A DNA stretch of 60,350 bases, the filler included, from Sphacelaria rigidula (taxonomy: Eukaryota), in assembly GCA_964200075.2 (NCBI GenBank). It is 3 parts of 3 records of this genome, joined end to end, with 100 filler letters (N's around TTAATTAATTAA, not from the genome) between each part and the next. Parts side by side here need not be neighbours in the genome. Positions count along the whole stretch, not along the records: positions 20,154 to 40,205 come from CAXNAA020000575.1; positions 40,306 to 60,350 come from CAXNAA020000576.1; 1 more part is not named here. The stretch is one strand, 5' to 3'. A program made the position numbers and the translations under genes. Shown here piece by piece: positions 38,151 through 50,200 of the stretch (the stretch's first letter is position 1; each line of letters opens with the position of its first letter). The notes beneath the pieces were generated by a model. The model searched no databases, was not told where the DNA came from, and was given only the letters and a program-made list of their open reading frames with translations.

Positions 38151-38880
38151 ATCCTCACTTTGCCTGCTGATTCATCCGGAAATTGGGCAAGAAGAGAGCT
38201 TATTGCGAATAGCCTCAACTGTGCAAGTTCCCCCCAAAGCACCATAATCAGCGGATGGGATCCGAGAGTCAGCAAAGATTGTTGAAAATAAGTCATCCTC
38301 TTGCCCCCAATTCCAATTTTCAAATTGGTTGTTGTCTCAGGCTATTCCAGACCCGGTATTGGATTTCTGTGACGAAAACGAGCAGAACGTTTCGAGAACT
38401 TGAAAGAAAAAAACAGAACTTTTCAAGAACCGCTCAATACATGACCCCATTAGCTGGAGTACAGGGTGGTGCACTCAGCACAAGACAACTCTGCGGTGGT
38501 ATGTGAAGTGCAGAGAACCACACTGAACACCAGATAACACGGCAGTTCTGCAGTGTTTCCTAGTTTTAGAACCTGAAGACGGACTGTACACAAGAGTACG
38601 AGTACGCATCAGCTTCTATTGTTGCAAAATTAATCTTGCCGTGGCCGCGAGCGCTGGCGCCGATGCCAACGGCAGCAGCCGTCATGCTGACGGGTGCAAG
38701 CAGTACCCTCGCGGTGCAGTATATCCGCACTTTTAAAGGGAAACGGTAAGAACGTGGAAGATGTGCTGACCGATTTTGTTTGTACACACTTACCCCTTCA
38801 GCGCGTTTTTTTTGCCAATCGTGGCGTGCTCACAGGCAATTTTCGAGTTGCTTTTTGGATGAAAGCAAGCATAGACAATA

Positions 38881-39896
38881 CAGTAATGCCACATTACAAG
38901 CACGGGCTGTACTCTGCAAGAACAAACAATACAGCAGCGCCAGGTTACAAGCACGGGCTGTACTCGCGAGCACTGTAGGTAGCTGTGCTTTGCCAATACA
39001 ATACAGTGCTACACCGTCTTCACTGCAGGGTTCGAGGCCACATGCAGATGCACCTACATGGCAGTGGTGGGTTCAGATACAGAGGGTATCACTACTGACT
39101 ACGTGAAGGCTTCACTTTGTTTGCGAACATCCGTACCGTGCCGCAGATTCAACAACTTGGGCTCTCGAATTGAAAACATACGACGCGGGATCGCATAGTA
39201 GTACCATGCAGTGCCAGGGTGTTGCAGCAGGGAAGAGTTTTCACAAGTACAGGTCGTGGATTTTTTTTCATCATCCGGTGGTGCCGTGGATGAGTTTTTT
39301 TTTGGTAAAGATGGGCACAAAACATACTGTACGATGTAGACTTTCCGGTATAACAGTAGTACCATGCAGTGCCAGGGTGTTGCAGCAGAAAAGAGTTTTC
39401 AGCACTACAGGCCGTGGATTCTGCGAACAGTACGATATTACAAGTATAGGTTGTGCTTCGCAAACACGGCACAGCTGTAGCCTGTACTTGTGACCTTGTA
39501 CTACTGCATGTCCGAGTGCAGGCTCTACTCTGCAAGCACAGACGAAACAGTAGTGCCACGTTACAAGCACGGGCCGTACTCTGCAAGAACAAACAATACA
39601 GTAGCGCCAGGTTACAAGCACGGGCTGTACTCGCGAGCACAGAAGGTAGCTGTGCTTTGCCAATACAGTACAGTGCTACACCGTCTTCACTGTAGGGTTC
39701 GAGGCCACATGCAGATGCACGTACATGGCAGTGGTGGGTGCAGGTGCAGAGGGTATCACTACTGACTACGTGAAGGCTTTATTTTGTTTGTAAACATCTG
39801 TAACGGGCCGCAGATTTAAAAACGTGGGCTCTCGATTTGAAAAAGCAAATTTACAAAAACGTGGGCTCTCGAACTAAACCATACGACGCGGGATCG
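38881..39896. repeat. Direct duplication (38881-39193 and 39548-39896) with internal ~47-bp subrepeats
   Basis: ttacaagcacgggc(t/c)gtactc occurs four times. gggttcgaggccacatgcagatgcac and atacgacgcgggatcg occur twice, and agtagtaccatgcagtgccagggtgttgcagcag occurs twice between the copies. Confidence 0.9.
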
Positions 39897-40205
39897 GTCA
39901 TCATAAAAGGTGAAGGTGGATCGTTATTTTGTCTTGTATAGGTTCACACCCTGGACAATGGACACAATAATAGTTCATTGCTTCAGCAATAGACTCGGCG
40001 AAAAATCTATCGATATATATTATCGAACACGATAGATGGTGAAGGACATCTATTGATATGCATTGCAAGGAACAATAGATGTTGTAATAGTCGATCGATA
40101 GCCTATGACATTTACAATAGATGTGTATCACTCGCCATCGATGGAAATGGTGTACCGCAATAGATTCTGGGTTGTATATATCGATAGTCATTGCCGTAAT
40201 CAATA

Positions 40206-40305
40206 NNNNNNNNNNNNNNNNNNNNNNNNNNNNNNNNNNNNNNNNNNNNTTAATTAATTAANNNNNNNNNNNNNNNNNNNNNNNNNNNNNNNNNNNNNNN
40301 NNNNN
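40206..40305. other. Artificial contig linker (N44-TTAATTAATTAA-N44)
   Basis: Identical to the 20054-20153 spacer. Confidence 0.98.
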
Positions 40306-40479
40306 TCCGTCCCGGCTTTGTAGGGATGCGAGGTCAATGGTCTGATGACTATGGCAAGCATGATCATGAGTACACCCTCCTATCGTAGGATGACTCTTGA
40401 AACAAACAACGTCACACTGCATAAAATACAAACATGGGTTGCACTTTGGGACTTTTCATCTGAAACAGGAGATTTTTGT

Positions 40480-42340
40480 AATTATTTCGTAGTCGGCGAT
40501 TTTCCATGTTTGTTTTTCTCGTGCCACTACCCTTCCCAGCGAGCGGTTGATCGCTACGTTCAAGAGTAAGGAGGTACTAGGCATTCGCTCCACATTCCGA
40601 AACAAAATCCGTATTTGTGCTCAATATTGAACGACTTCCGAGCTGAATTGACAGGGGGTGTTATTGACCGCTTTTGGTCCAAAACGCGATTTTTTTCGGC
40701 TCTAGCCCAATGAACGAGTAAGACTAAATGAATGAAGGTCCGTAAAATCATTCCCGCGAGATATCGAAATTGGTTCACCCCCCGTCTGTGTGTGCTCCGT
40801 CTCGAAAGGGATGCGTGGTCAATGGTCAAACGACTAAGGCAAGCAACAAATGAGTACGCCCGTCTGTGCTATGCAGAGCTTGGTCGGACAATTTTCGTTT
40901 TTGGGTACTTTTCTGAATGTTCTCGTGAAGTATTCGTCCTTGGCGCCTTTGGGGGATGTTACTGACTGTCACTGGTCCAAAAACACAGTTTTTCGGCTCT
41001 AGCGCAATGAATATGCCATTAAAAAAAAAAAATCGGGATCGCTTCAATCGACAAAAAATACTCCATGACCAGAACCGGGGGCTGGGTAGTCTCAGGACCC
41101 CCGAAAACCGGTCAGACCGTAATTCGTTGAATAACTAGCGCAGACGTAATTTCATTTGGAAATGTAGAGAGGATACGTAGTATCTCCCGATCCCTGAACT
41201 TCGGGATCAGCGTTTTCTGGGATGAGCGGTGGCACGCGAAAGCACCCTCGAGTATTCCCGGCTACGAAAAAGACTACGAAAAAGTCCTATTTCAGATGTG
41301 AACTACTGTCGAGAAGAATTTTCTACCTTCGTACAGACGATCGTTTTCAAATTTGGGCTTCAAACTCCTTCAATTGAACTGCGCATGCAGCTTTTCGTGA
41401 GACACGGCTGCACCTCGATCATTTGTGTTATACGGGGGAGTCGAGTGAGGGCGGTCACGAGTTCAAACCTCGACATATCTTTTTATTACCCCGCATAATC
41501 TAGTTCCATCTAGTTCTATCGTTGAGGTAGTATACTGTGGGGTAGAGTAGTCAGCGTCAGAAGTATGCAGGATCCGTAATTTCCAATTTGTTTTGCTCGC
41601 CACCTCTCATCACAGTGACTGTTGAATGCCAAAAATTGGGCATCCAGAGATATTTTATACCTCTTGACAGATATTGAAAGAAAAATTATCTGCGATCAGT
41701 AATGAGTGGGTTACGGGCTTGACCGATCTTCGGGGGTCCTGCGAAAATACGATCCCAGGCTCTAGCTTTTCGATATTCTCGGTGGACCGACTCGATCCGG
41801 ATCATAAAAATGAGGACTCAAACAGGATTGTTTTTTTGAAATTCCACCTAGTCACTGTGCTAAAGCAGGAAAGCTATGTTCCTTGGACAATTTAAGGTCA
41901 ATAACACCCTCCTGACAAACGAGGTACTTACCCGGTATCGCCCCCACGACACCAACTTGGGCGATTGTGATTTGAGCACGGTTTGCTTATTTTCCCAAAA
42001 CTTTCGACGCTAGCACTTGCGAGTGCTAATGGAAAATGTTATACGAAAAAACCCCGAAAATAGGCCATCCGCAGAAAATGCTAGATCGAGGTCTGCACAG
42101 TATAGGAGGGAAACAAGATCTCGATCGAGATTGTGAAGAATTTTACACGTATTCATTTATCTGAATATGTACCGTTTCGTCGCTGAAGAGCCGGAAAACT
42201 CTTTATATTGGACCAAAAACCGTCAATAACACTCTCCTGTTAAACGAGGTATCAAGTCCGTATCGCCCCAAAAATACCAACTTGATCACTGCAGTTTGAG
42301 CGCGACCTACGCTTTGTCCCTAAATCTACCGGCGCTAGCA
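40480..42340. repeat. Cluster of fragments of a dispersed repeat family also at ~48670-49100, ~51050-51900 and ~59860-60015
   Basis: Recurrent blocks tcgtagtcggcgat...ccacattccg...gctcaatattgaacgac and tcaataacaccctcctg...tatcgcccc...acaccaactt, in both orientations. Confidence 0.7.
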
Positions 42341-43329
42341 CGTTCAAGTAGTAGTGACGAACCCTACTCCAGAAAAAGTAAAATAATATAATAACAACGA
42401 TTTCTGAAAACTTCTGATGCTGAGTACTATACATATTTTCATCTTTTTTAGCGGTAGAGCGTGCATAATCACGTGATACGCAGTTCTCAGCGATACCTTC
42501 ACATGGGGGTGATCCAGAGAAATTGAAGAGTATTTCGTGCTCCGGAGCATGCGCGTTTTACGGCCGGCCCAGCTGGTACCGTTGCGCCGAACGTCTGATG
42601 GCGGGGCTCCGAAGAGGGGTCGTCGTGTTGGCGGGATATTAGATTGTGCCGACCGTCCTGTACGGTAGTGTAGTGTGTTGAAATAATCCACAAAGGAAAT
42701 GCTTATCGTTTTACCGCGTTCTTCTCCGGTGCACACGTTCCGCCGCGTTCCTTTTAGAGCAGGTCATCGACTTTTTTTGGGCAGTTTTTACGCACTGTGG
42801 GACTTTCGGTGAGGCTCGAACTGGTCGTCCTGGGCCGAATCGGATTCAAGAAAAGGGTTTTGGAACATGATTGCTCGGTCTCGAAAGGAAACGGCGGGTC
42901 TACATGATGAGGGACACGGAACTTACTCCATAACGAACTTGCCAGGTTGGACGCGTGGCAGCGTGCTCTCACTGCGGTATAAACCCTGCTACCGGGTGAG
43001 GAGCTTGCAGCGTTCAGCGTCGTGAAGGGGGCACTATGCTGGGTACTGGGTTTCTTTCTGCTGCATGTACTGTGCAGTGTGTGCCTGTGACATGGCGCGG
43101 CGTGGCTAATTCCGCTTCACAAACGTCACATTTGCGAGCTTTCGTCACTGGGGAAGCGTCACTTCGAGTTCGGTGCACGAATCTGTCACATTGGCATACT
43201 TGAACTTCGAGTGGTGCCACGTTTCGTTGGGCTGCATCATGAACACATGCAGAAAAACAATCATATCCCGCTCAAAAAAACGTCAATTGTAAATCGTCAC
43301 GTTTGGCATAATCGTGTAGACCTTCTGGC

Positions 43330-44793
43330 GGTCAAACGTGTTTTGCGGAAGAGACCACACCAGTGTCTCACACTAGCGTCACGGAGACCGCAGAGTTGAT
43401 GGATACTGCAGGCCAACGACACGACTAGGCGACCGAGATTGTCTCCTCTGGTGGTGCTGTCAGCGCAAACCTGAAAGTCTCCGTAGAAATTATGCATCGT
43501 ATCAGTGCTTCATGGGTGACCCCCCGAAAGTAAAGCACTAAACTACACGATCGGCTCCATGCCCAGCTCTCCCTTGATCTCCAGCTGCTCAAATCGGAGG
43601 TGGTGAAAGCTGTGCGGTACGAATGTGCTACGTGGACGCTGCATCCAGAGGACTTTGAAGGCTGCGTACTGCCTACGACATGCTTTCCTGCCACCAGTTG
43701 GCTTACACACCAAAACTTCCGCTGGTCAGGAAACGCCTTCGTGGAGAAGTATACTCGACATTTTCAACTGCGATGCACCGAAACTACGGACCACTAACGT
43801 CAACGTTGGCTCGCGGGGGGGCCTGTCCTACAGGATGAAACATGTGCTTCGGGGCGCATTATTTTTGGACAGGTTGCCGCAGAAGGGCCCGAGGAGGCGG
43901 GCCGGCCTCCGAAACATCGAGAGGACTGCCTCTAGGGGAAGCTATGTGCACTGGGAGCTGTCCCATGCGAGAGAGAACGAAGGAAATGCTCAAGGCTGGG
44001 TCGCTGCCACGAAAGACGTTAGCAAATGACACCGGGGGGTTAGAAAGGGGCAGAGGAGTTCGAGGAGGCGCTGCAACACGAAGCCATACGCTAGTCAGAC
44101 TTCCTCCACCGCTGACCGAGCACGAGCAACATTTGACAAGGAATCGGGGATGTACATGGTCGAGAGTGACCCTTTTGTACTCGACTACAGTAGAAATGAG
44201 AGGGAAAGGCGAGAACACGGAAGTTGGTTTCCCTCTGCTTTCTCTCGTCGATTTTTGACTTTTTTCCTTGGCTTTCGAACCTAGTGATACGCCCTACATG
44301 TATTCCTGTACATGCCCCGCGATGTTCTTCACGTCTATCTCTGATTTTGTTCGTATGCTCCTGTCTCGTCTATGTTCTCCCCAATCTGTTCTCCTCTTCC
44401 TGTCATGTTGAGGCGTGGGTCACCCTTCCACGGTGTGACATCCGTAGTTTTTTTGCCTCGTTTTATGTGTACAACTGTATCGTTGGGGCGGTCTTCCCCT
44501 GATGCATTTTTGTGCAGGGTTTGTCTGCACCCCGCGCCAGAAATGTCCTACCGTCGGCGGGAAATGAGAAGACATTTCTCCCGCGGAAGGTTGCCCTCAC
44601 CGGGCACTCTGTCGATGCTCTAGTTGTGTAGTCCTCGGGTTTGTTCCTGAGGTTACAATGTCGAATAAATGGGCATCTCCCCCCTCTCTCGAGTTTATAC
44701 AGCAGGTGCTGCGGTCTAGTCATTCTCAAGTATGTCATGACAAAAGCTGGATTCCTCGCGGATCAGTTCATATTCGACAGTCAGTCAATCAAT
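43330..44793 (+). mobile_element. Decayed RTE-type LINE (RT C-terminal region, 3' UTR, CAAT tail)
   Basis: Remnant peptides GGAVSANLKVSVEIMHRISASW and VVKAVRYECATWTL are homologous to the minus-strand LINE at 46446-46956. Stops and frameshifts are present, and the element ends in cagtcagtcaatcaatc. Confidence 0.8.
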
Positions 44794-44991
44794 CTGTTCG
44801 ACCATGTACTCAACCAACCAAAAGTAGCTATTGAGTGAAGAAATGAGAAACAATGTCTTTTCCTCTTGAAGTATGCGCACACGCGTAAACACAATGTTGA
44901 ACAGAGAAGAGTTGATATCCACAGAAGAAATTCCCCCTTCCCCACATGCTCCGTCTCGAATGGGATGGGTGGTCAATGGCCAAATGATTAA

Positions 44992-45108
44992 CCCTTCTGG
45001 AACCCATTGACGAATTTTGTTTTTCTGATCGGCATAATTTTCACTCATTTTCAAGTCAGAATGATGCCAATTCACGAACACAAGAATCGTCAGTGGGTTC
45101 CAAAAGGG
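44992..45108. mobile_element. 117-bp MITE, CCC...GGG termini, TAA target duplication
   Basis: cccttctggaacccattgacga vs tcgtcagtgggttccaaaaggg, with taa on both sides. The empty homologous site is at ~40830 (caaacgactaaggcaagca). Confidence 0.85.
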
Positions 45109-45789
45109 TAAGGCAAGCATCAAATGAGTGCGCCCACCCCCTCCGCCCACCCTCTCTGCCCGACAAATCAAAAACAAAATTTGGTCAGCAATCCCACAAG
45201 CCGTGGACTTTGATCGACTTCCGTTTTTCTACTCAGTCCTCGTGCGTGCCATCCGAACTTTTCTTCTGAATACGTAACGCTGAGATTAGAACAGGAGAAA
45301 TCTCTCTAGATATATGAAATCGAATGCACCAATTCTTTGCGCTGGGAGAACAGATTGCGAACTTGTCGCTATTCTCGTTATGAGGTGAAGCGATCGACAT
45401 TCGAACTGAAGACAGATATCGACAGACCCCACTTTCCCCCCCTCGCGAATCCCTGTCAGTATCAGGAGGAGAGCAGCCCTTCTCATGACCACCATCGCGC
45501 CGACAAGCCGGAACATGATGGAATAGGAGTGAGTACGACGGCCTGGACCCCCAAGGGATCGAGAGTGGACACACGTTGCCTTGAGTACAAGGTGGGACGG
45601 GGCGGAGGCGATTGATCCACTCTGACGGAGACATCACTGGAAGACGGGTAGTCGATAAATCTGTCCTTCACGTTGGGTCTTTCTAGCAGCGATTGCAGAA
45701 ATTCGCTTGAGTAAATGCAGTTGCTTTTAGCATGACCGAGGCGGGCCTTTGACCCTGGATGTTGCGTGTCCGATGTTGACGGTTGTTTG

Positions 45790-47213
45790 ATGATTGATTG
45801 ATCGGTCGATTGATTGTTGCACTTTAGTTAACCGCCCGGGGGTCCAGCCGTGGTTTTATGATAGACGCACCCAAGAAAAACGAAACTGAAACACGCTCTC
45901 GAGAAAAAAAGGAGCAGGAAAAAAAACGTCGAACAAAACGACATGGCAGACCAAGTTGTGACAAAAAAAGGGATTCAAAGTCAACACAAGCAAGGCACAG
46001 AAAGAAATAGCCGACCTATATCAAAAAGACGGAAAAGAAGGGGAAAGTAAAGAGCAAATGAAGTAAAATACAATAAAACGACGAAAAAAAAAGAAAGGCC
46101 CAAGGGATTCAGGGCAGCAGAGTAGATACAGATACACACCAGTAGGCACCGCAGAACCACCGACTAAAGACATAATCAACAACCGATATGAGCAGACAGG
46201 ATTCCCCGATTGGCAGCCCTCGACGCAGCAGCCCCTCGCTTGTGACGGCGGTCTGACTCTCGCTTGTCCGCGCGTCACCATGTGTCCTGAACTCTTCCGC
46301 TCCCTTTCCGACTCCATAAGTCATTTGCCCATGTTTTTTGCCGCAGTGACCCAATCGTATGCATCGTTAAGCTCTACACCGTAGACGAACCACTTCCATC
46401 GGGCTGCTTTGTGCGGAATAGCCCCTAGCGCACGTAGGTTCTCCTTTAGGGTATCCTCCCATTTTTGGGGGGGCGGCCGTTCATGACACGCTTGGGAAGG
46501 CGTGTGTCCTTCAGCCGGGCAAGGGCTCGCGCGAACCAGATTTGACGTTTGCGGTTAGTCGTCTTGATACGTTCACAGTTGGTCATCTCGAGCACCACTC
46601 TGTACGAAAGAGTCTTGTAGCCATTTCGATCGTTCCTGCAGAATCCAACCACTCGCAGCAAAAACTTATGATGGGCAGTGCACAGACTATCGAAGCCCTC
46701 AGAACGTGGCGTCCATGTGGCACACCGATACAAAAGAGCTTTTACCACCTCCGCTTCTAAGCAGTATAACTTTCAAGGATAGCTCGGCGTTGGGTCGGTC
46801 GTACAGTTCGGAGCTATATTTTCGGATACACACCCACGCCGCGCTGATACGGCTGTTGATTTCGATGGACATTTTCACATCCGCGCTGATAGCTCCACCG
46901 AGGTAGATGAACTTCCCCGTCTGCTTATACCGTTGACCTGCAGCTCTAATATCCATGGTGACCTCCGTGGGACTGGATACTTACCAAAGGCGCATGGACT
47001 CTTGTCTTGTTCTCGGAGACCATCTGGCCGAATTCCTGGCAGGTCTATCACTATCACGACCATCATTCGAGCAAGGCCTTCTGAGGTCTTCGAGGCTATG
47101 CCGGCGTCGTCCGCACGAAACATTGCCCACACCGCGCGTCGCCTCTTTTCCAGTGGTGTCTCTTCCACGGGTTCATCACCGACATATTGTGCCGCATCAT
47201 CTAGAAAAACCAA
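45790..47213 (-). mobile_element. Decayed 5'-truncated RTE-type LINE reverse transcriptase with 3' UTR and (CAAT)n tail
   Basis: Frameshifted peptides MFRADDAGIAS (YADD-like), KFIYLGGAISAD...EINSRISAAW, LLYRCATWT and RKRQIWFARALARLKDTRLPKRVM are typical of the RTE-clade RT thumb / C-terminus. The tail gattgattg lies at ~45790-45815. Confidence 0.88.
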
Positions 47214-50200
47214 GTTGTGCAGCTGAATATGTTGCTCTTTGTATTTGTGTCTTGGGTGCTGGAGTTTTCTGTCTCAGCCTCGGTGAACAAATTTGCTACG
47301 TTATCCGTTGTTGTTGGCGTTCGAGGTCTGGCGTTTCCGCCCTTGACATATGGCGCTGGGTTGTCCATCGTGCGCGGCACAATGGCATTTTTTCCTCTTA
47401 TGTTCTTCAGCGAGGGAGGCTGGGGTCGCGAGATAATATTTGCGGTGCAGTAGTCGGTTTCCGGAGGACGGTTGCCCCAGTTCGTTTCATTTTTTCATCC
47501 GTCTCGTGCTTGAAAGCCGACGCCTCGGCCTTTCCATTCTTCGCTTCGCACTCGAACTTCGTCCGGAGATTGCAACCACTATTTGTTTGTGTTCTGTTTT
47601 TGCAGTATTACGCCGGTGATTGAGCTCATGGATGGAAGTGTCATATCTGCCTTCGGGGCAGAACGCTTGATTTTACTGTCCATTTTCTTCGACGAGGAGA
47701 AGCGCACGGATTTGGGCGATATATTCTTCCCATGGAAATGCAGGGGGATACATTTCGCTGTGGGTCATCATCAGCATTCCGCCGGCGACTGCCCGTTATT
47801 TCAAGAAACCTTTTTGTTTTGTCACTGCGGTAAAGGGCCCGGCGTTTGTTGATGAATCTCGAATTTTGCTTTTCGAAATCAGTCATCCTTGGGTAATTGC
47901 ATGCTTTTTATCACTCCGCCATTGTTTTCGCAGTGCGTGGAATACTAGGACGCAAAACTACTGCGGCAGTTTACAAGGTCGTCCATGACTGGTTTACGGT
48001 GTCGCAAATATGTGTTGAGATAAATGCAGCGGAACTTCGACGAGGATATGGATGCCTCGTCGAGGTCAGTCTTGAAAAAACGAAGCGCTACGCAGTGTGT
48101 CATCCAACTGTCATTTCTGAGGTTAGGAAACAAACAACAGGGCTCCTCAGAAAATAACAACCCTTCCACGCTTTACGCGGGTTCCACGAGTGGAGGGTCA
48201 GGATCCTCGGCGATTAATTCTTTCTGGGGCTAGTAGCGTTTTAGGGCTGGACGCAGCTGTTTTCCCCCTCATGATTTTAATTTAGGAAAAGGTGCATGAG
48301 CGATGAACGTTGCCGCTCGAAGACAACAGTCCTCGCTTGCCGATATCTCAACCGTCTTCCCAAGGCTTTTGTTTTTTCTTTTCGCGGTGCAGAGCAGCGG
48401 CTCTGGCAGATTTATGTACGTGTCGCCTGATGAACCTTGCATTGCTGAGAAGTAAGTGTCATTCGTAGAAGGTACTTTCCGATGAATACGGTCGCCGGCA
48501 CGTGGCGGACGCGATGCCCTTTTCGCAGTCGGCCTTCGTCGGCAGATTTTAAGATGTTCTCGGCAAGCGTTTTACAAGCATATGATTGGGGTTGCGCTGA
48601 TAATATTCCCTGTCGAGTAGAACAGTAGTGGGTGGTCTAACTATTTATTTTGTGGCATTTTGTGATTGTTTCATAATTGGCGATTTTCTTGGGCTCTTTT
48701 TGCTTGCCACCGCATATCACATTGGGGATCTCAACATACTTATATCCGCTCCACATTCCAAGGAAACGGAATCATCTGTACTCAATTTTGAGTGACTTAC
48801 GGGCTGACCGGTCATCGGGGGTCCTGCCACGTTACAGCCCAGATAATTAATCTTCGACGTTATCGGTCGATCGAGCCTATCCCGATCATATTTGTGTACA
48901 GTTTATTTTTTTTCAATTCCTACCTGCTCATTGTACTGAAGCCGAAAAACTGTGTTTCACGGTCGATATCACCCTCCTGATAAAATGGGTATTTACTCGT
49001 ATCGCCCGATAACACCAACTAACACTGACTCGGGCACGGTGTTTCGAGGATGATCTCTTTGTTGTACCAAAATCTACTGACGCTAGCAATTTCGAGTCCC
49101 ATCGAAGAGTAGCACGCGAGGAAAGCCCTCAAACACCCCTGAACAGTTGGACCGCCCACTACTGTAGTGATGCCTACATGCCTGCACGGAAGTTTTGCGC
49201 TTCAGGAATTCATCAGGGAAAGAGGATTGGGGGTTGGTGGCTAATCGCGGCCGCTGGCATTCAGCCTCTTTCGTGCGTGTGATGCAAGGTGATTCGTTTT
49301 ATCATTGTTTCTTTTGTATGAGGTAGCTTCTATCGATTGAGGTTCCTCGATGCCGCAAGTGATCGATCAAACGCACCCGTTTGCGCTGACTGGTATCAGA
49401 GGCCGGGACCGCCTGTGCTGCACGCTGGTTTTGGCATCAGGCGGTTTACAGCGCCCATGCTGTTCCATCATTATTTCAAAGGGAAAAATGTTTGATACTC
49501 ATTTCGTTTCTTCGTGTGGAAATCATAACATCAAAAGGAAGCGCTCGGCGAGGAGTTTCCTCCCCTTTTTACATTGCGCGACGATACCTCCAGAGGGGGG
49601 CCAAGATTATAACGCTCATCTTCCCTAGCAAAGACAGCTGGAATGGCGTAGACCGCCAAGTAAGAACAGAACGATTCAAAAGCATTGCTAGATCATACCT
49701 CATATAATCTAGTTATCATAGTTTCCATTTCTTTTCCGATGCTGCGCATGCTCGGCGCCTCGACAACATGGTCCGAGCACGGACGTTCATGTGCACACAA
49801 GAAAGATAGGGAAGACTGGAGACGGGATCCCCTATACACCTGGTTCACGTGCTTGTCCTTGTGTTTTGTCACCTTACCAGCTGAAACCCCGGAACACATC
49901 TCGGGTAATGATCACTTTAATATGTTGACACTTTACCCCCTTCCCCCCCAGCCCTGCCCCATATCGCCAGATACTCTCCCCCTCGCTCTTTGGCTACGCC
50001 GCCGTTGGCCCCTGCCACAACACAACGCGTAGATTGAAATACCCGCAGCACGTTTGTTCGTATCACATTCGAGCGCTGAAGCGCTACATATTTCCGGGTC
50101 CTCCTATGTCTACATCTAAACGACCCCATAAAGCCGTAACCGAGCAAGGATGTGTAAATATGAAAGATCGCCTTGGACCCAGCCCCTACCGGCAGCGATA

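Noticed and set aside
20154-40205. Integrated phaeovirus (EsV-1-like) genome
   Set aside because: Only the EsV-1-7 repeat gene is present. No capsid, polymerase, integrase or gene-dense viral context was seen, and the family is known from brown algal nuclear genomes.
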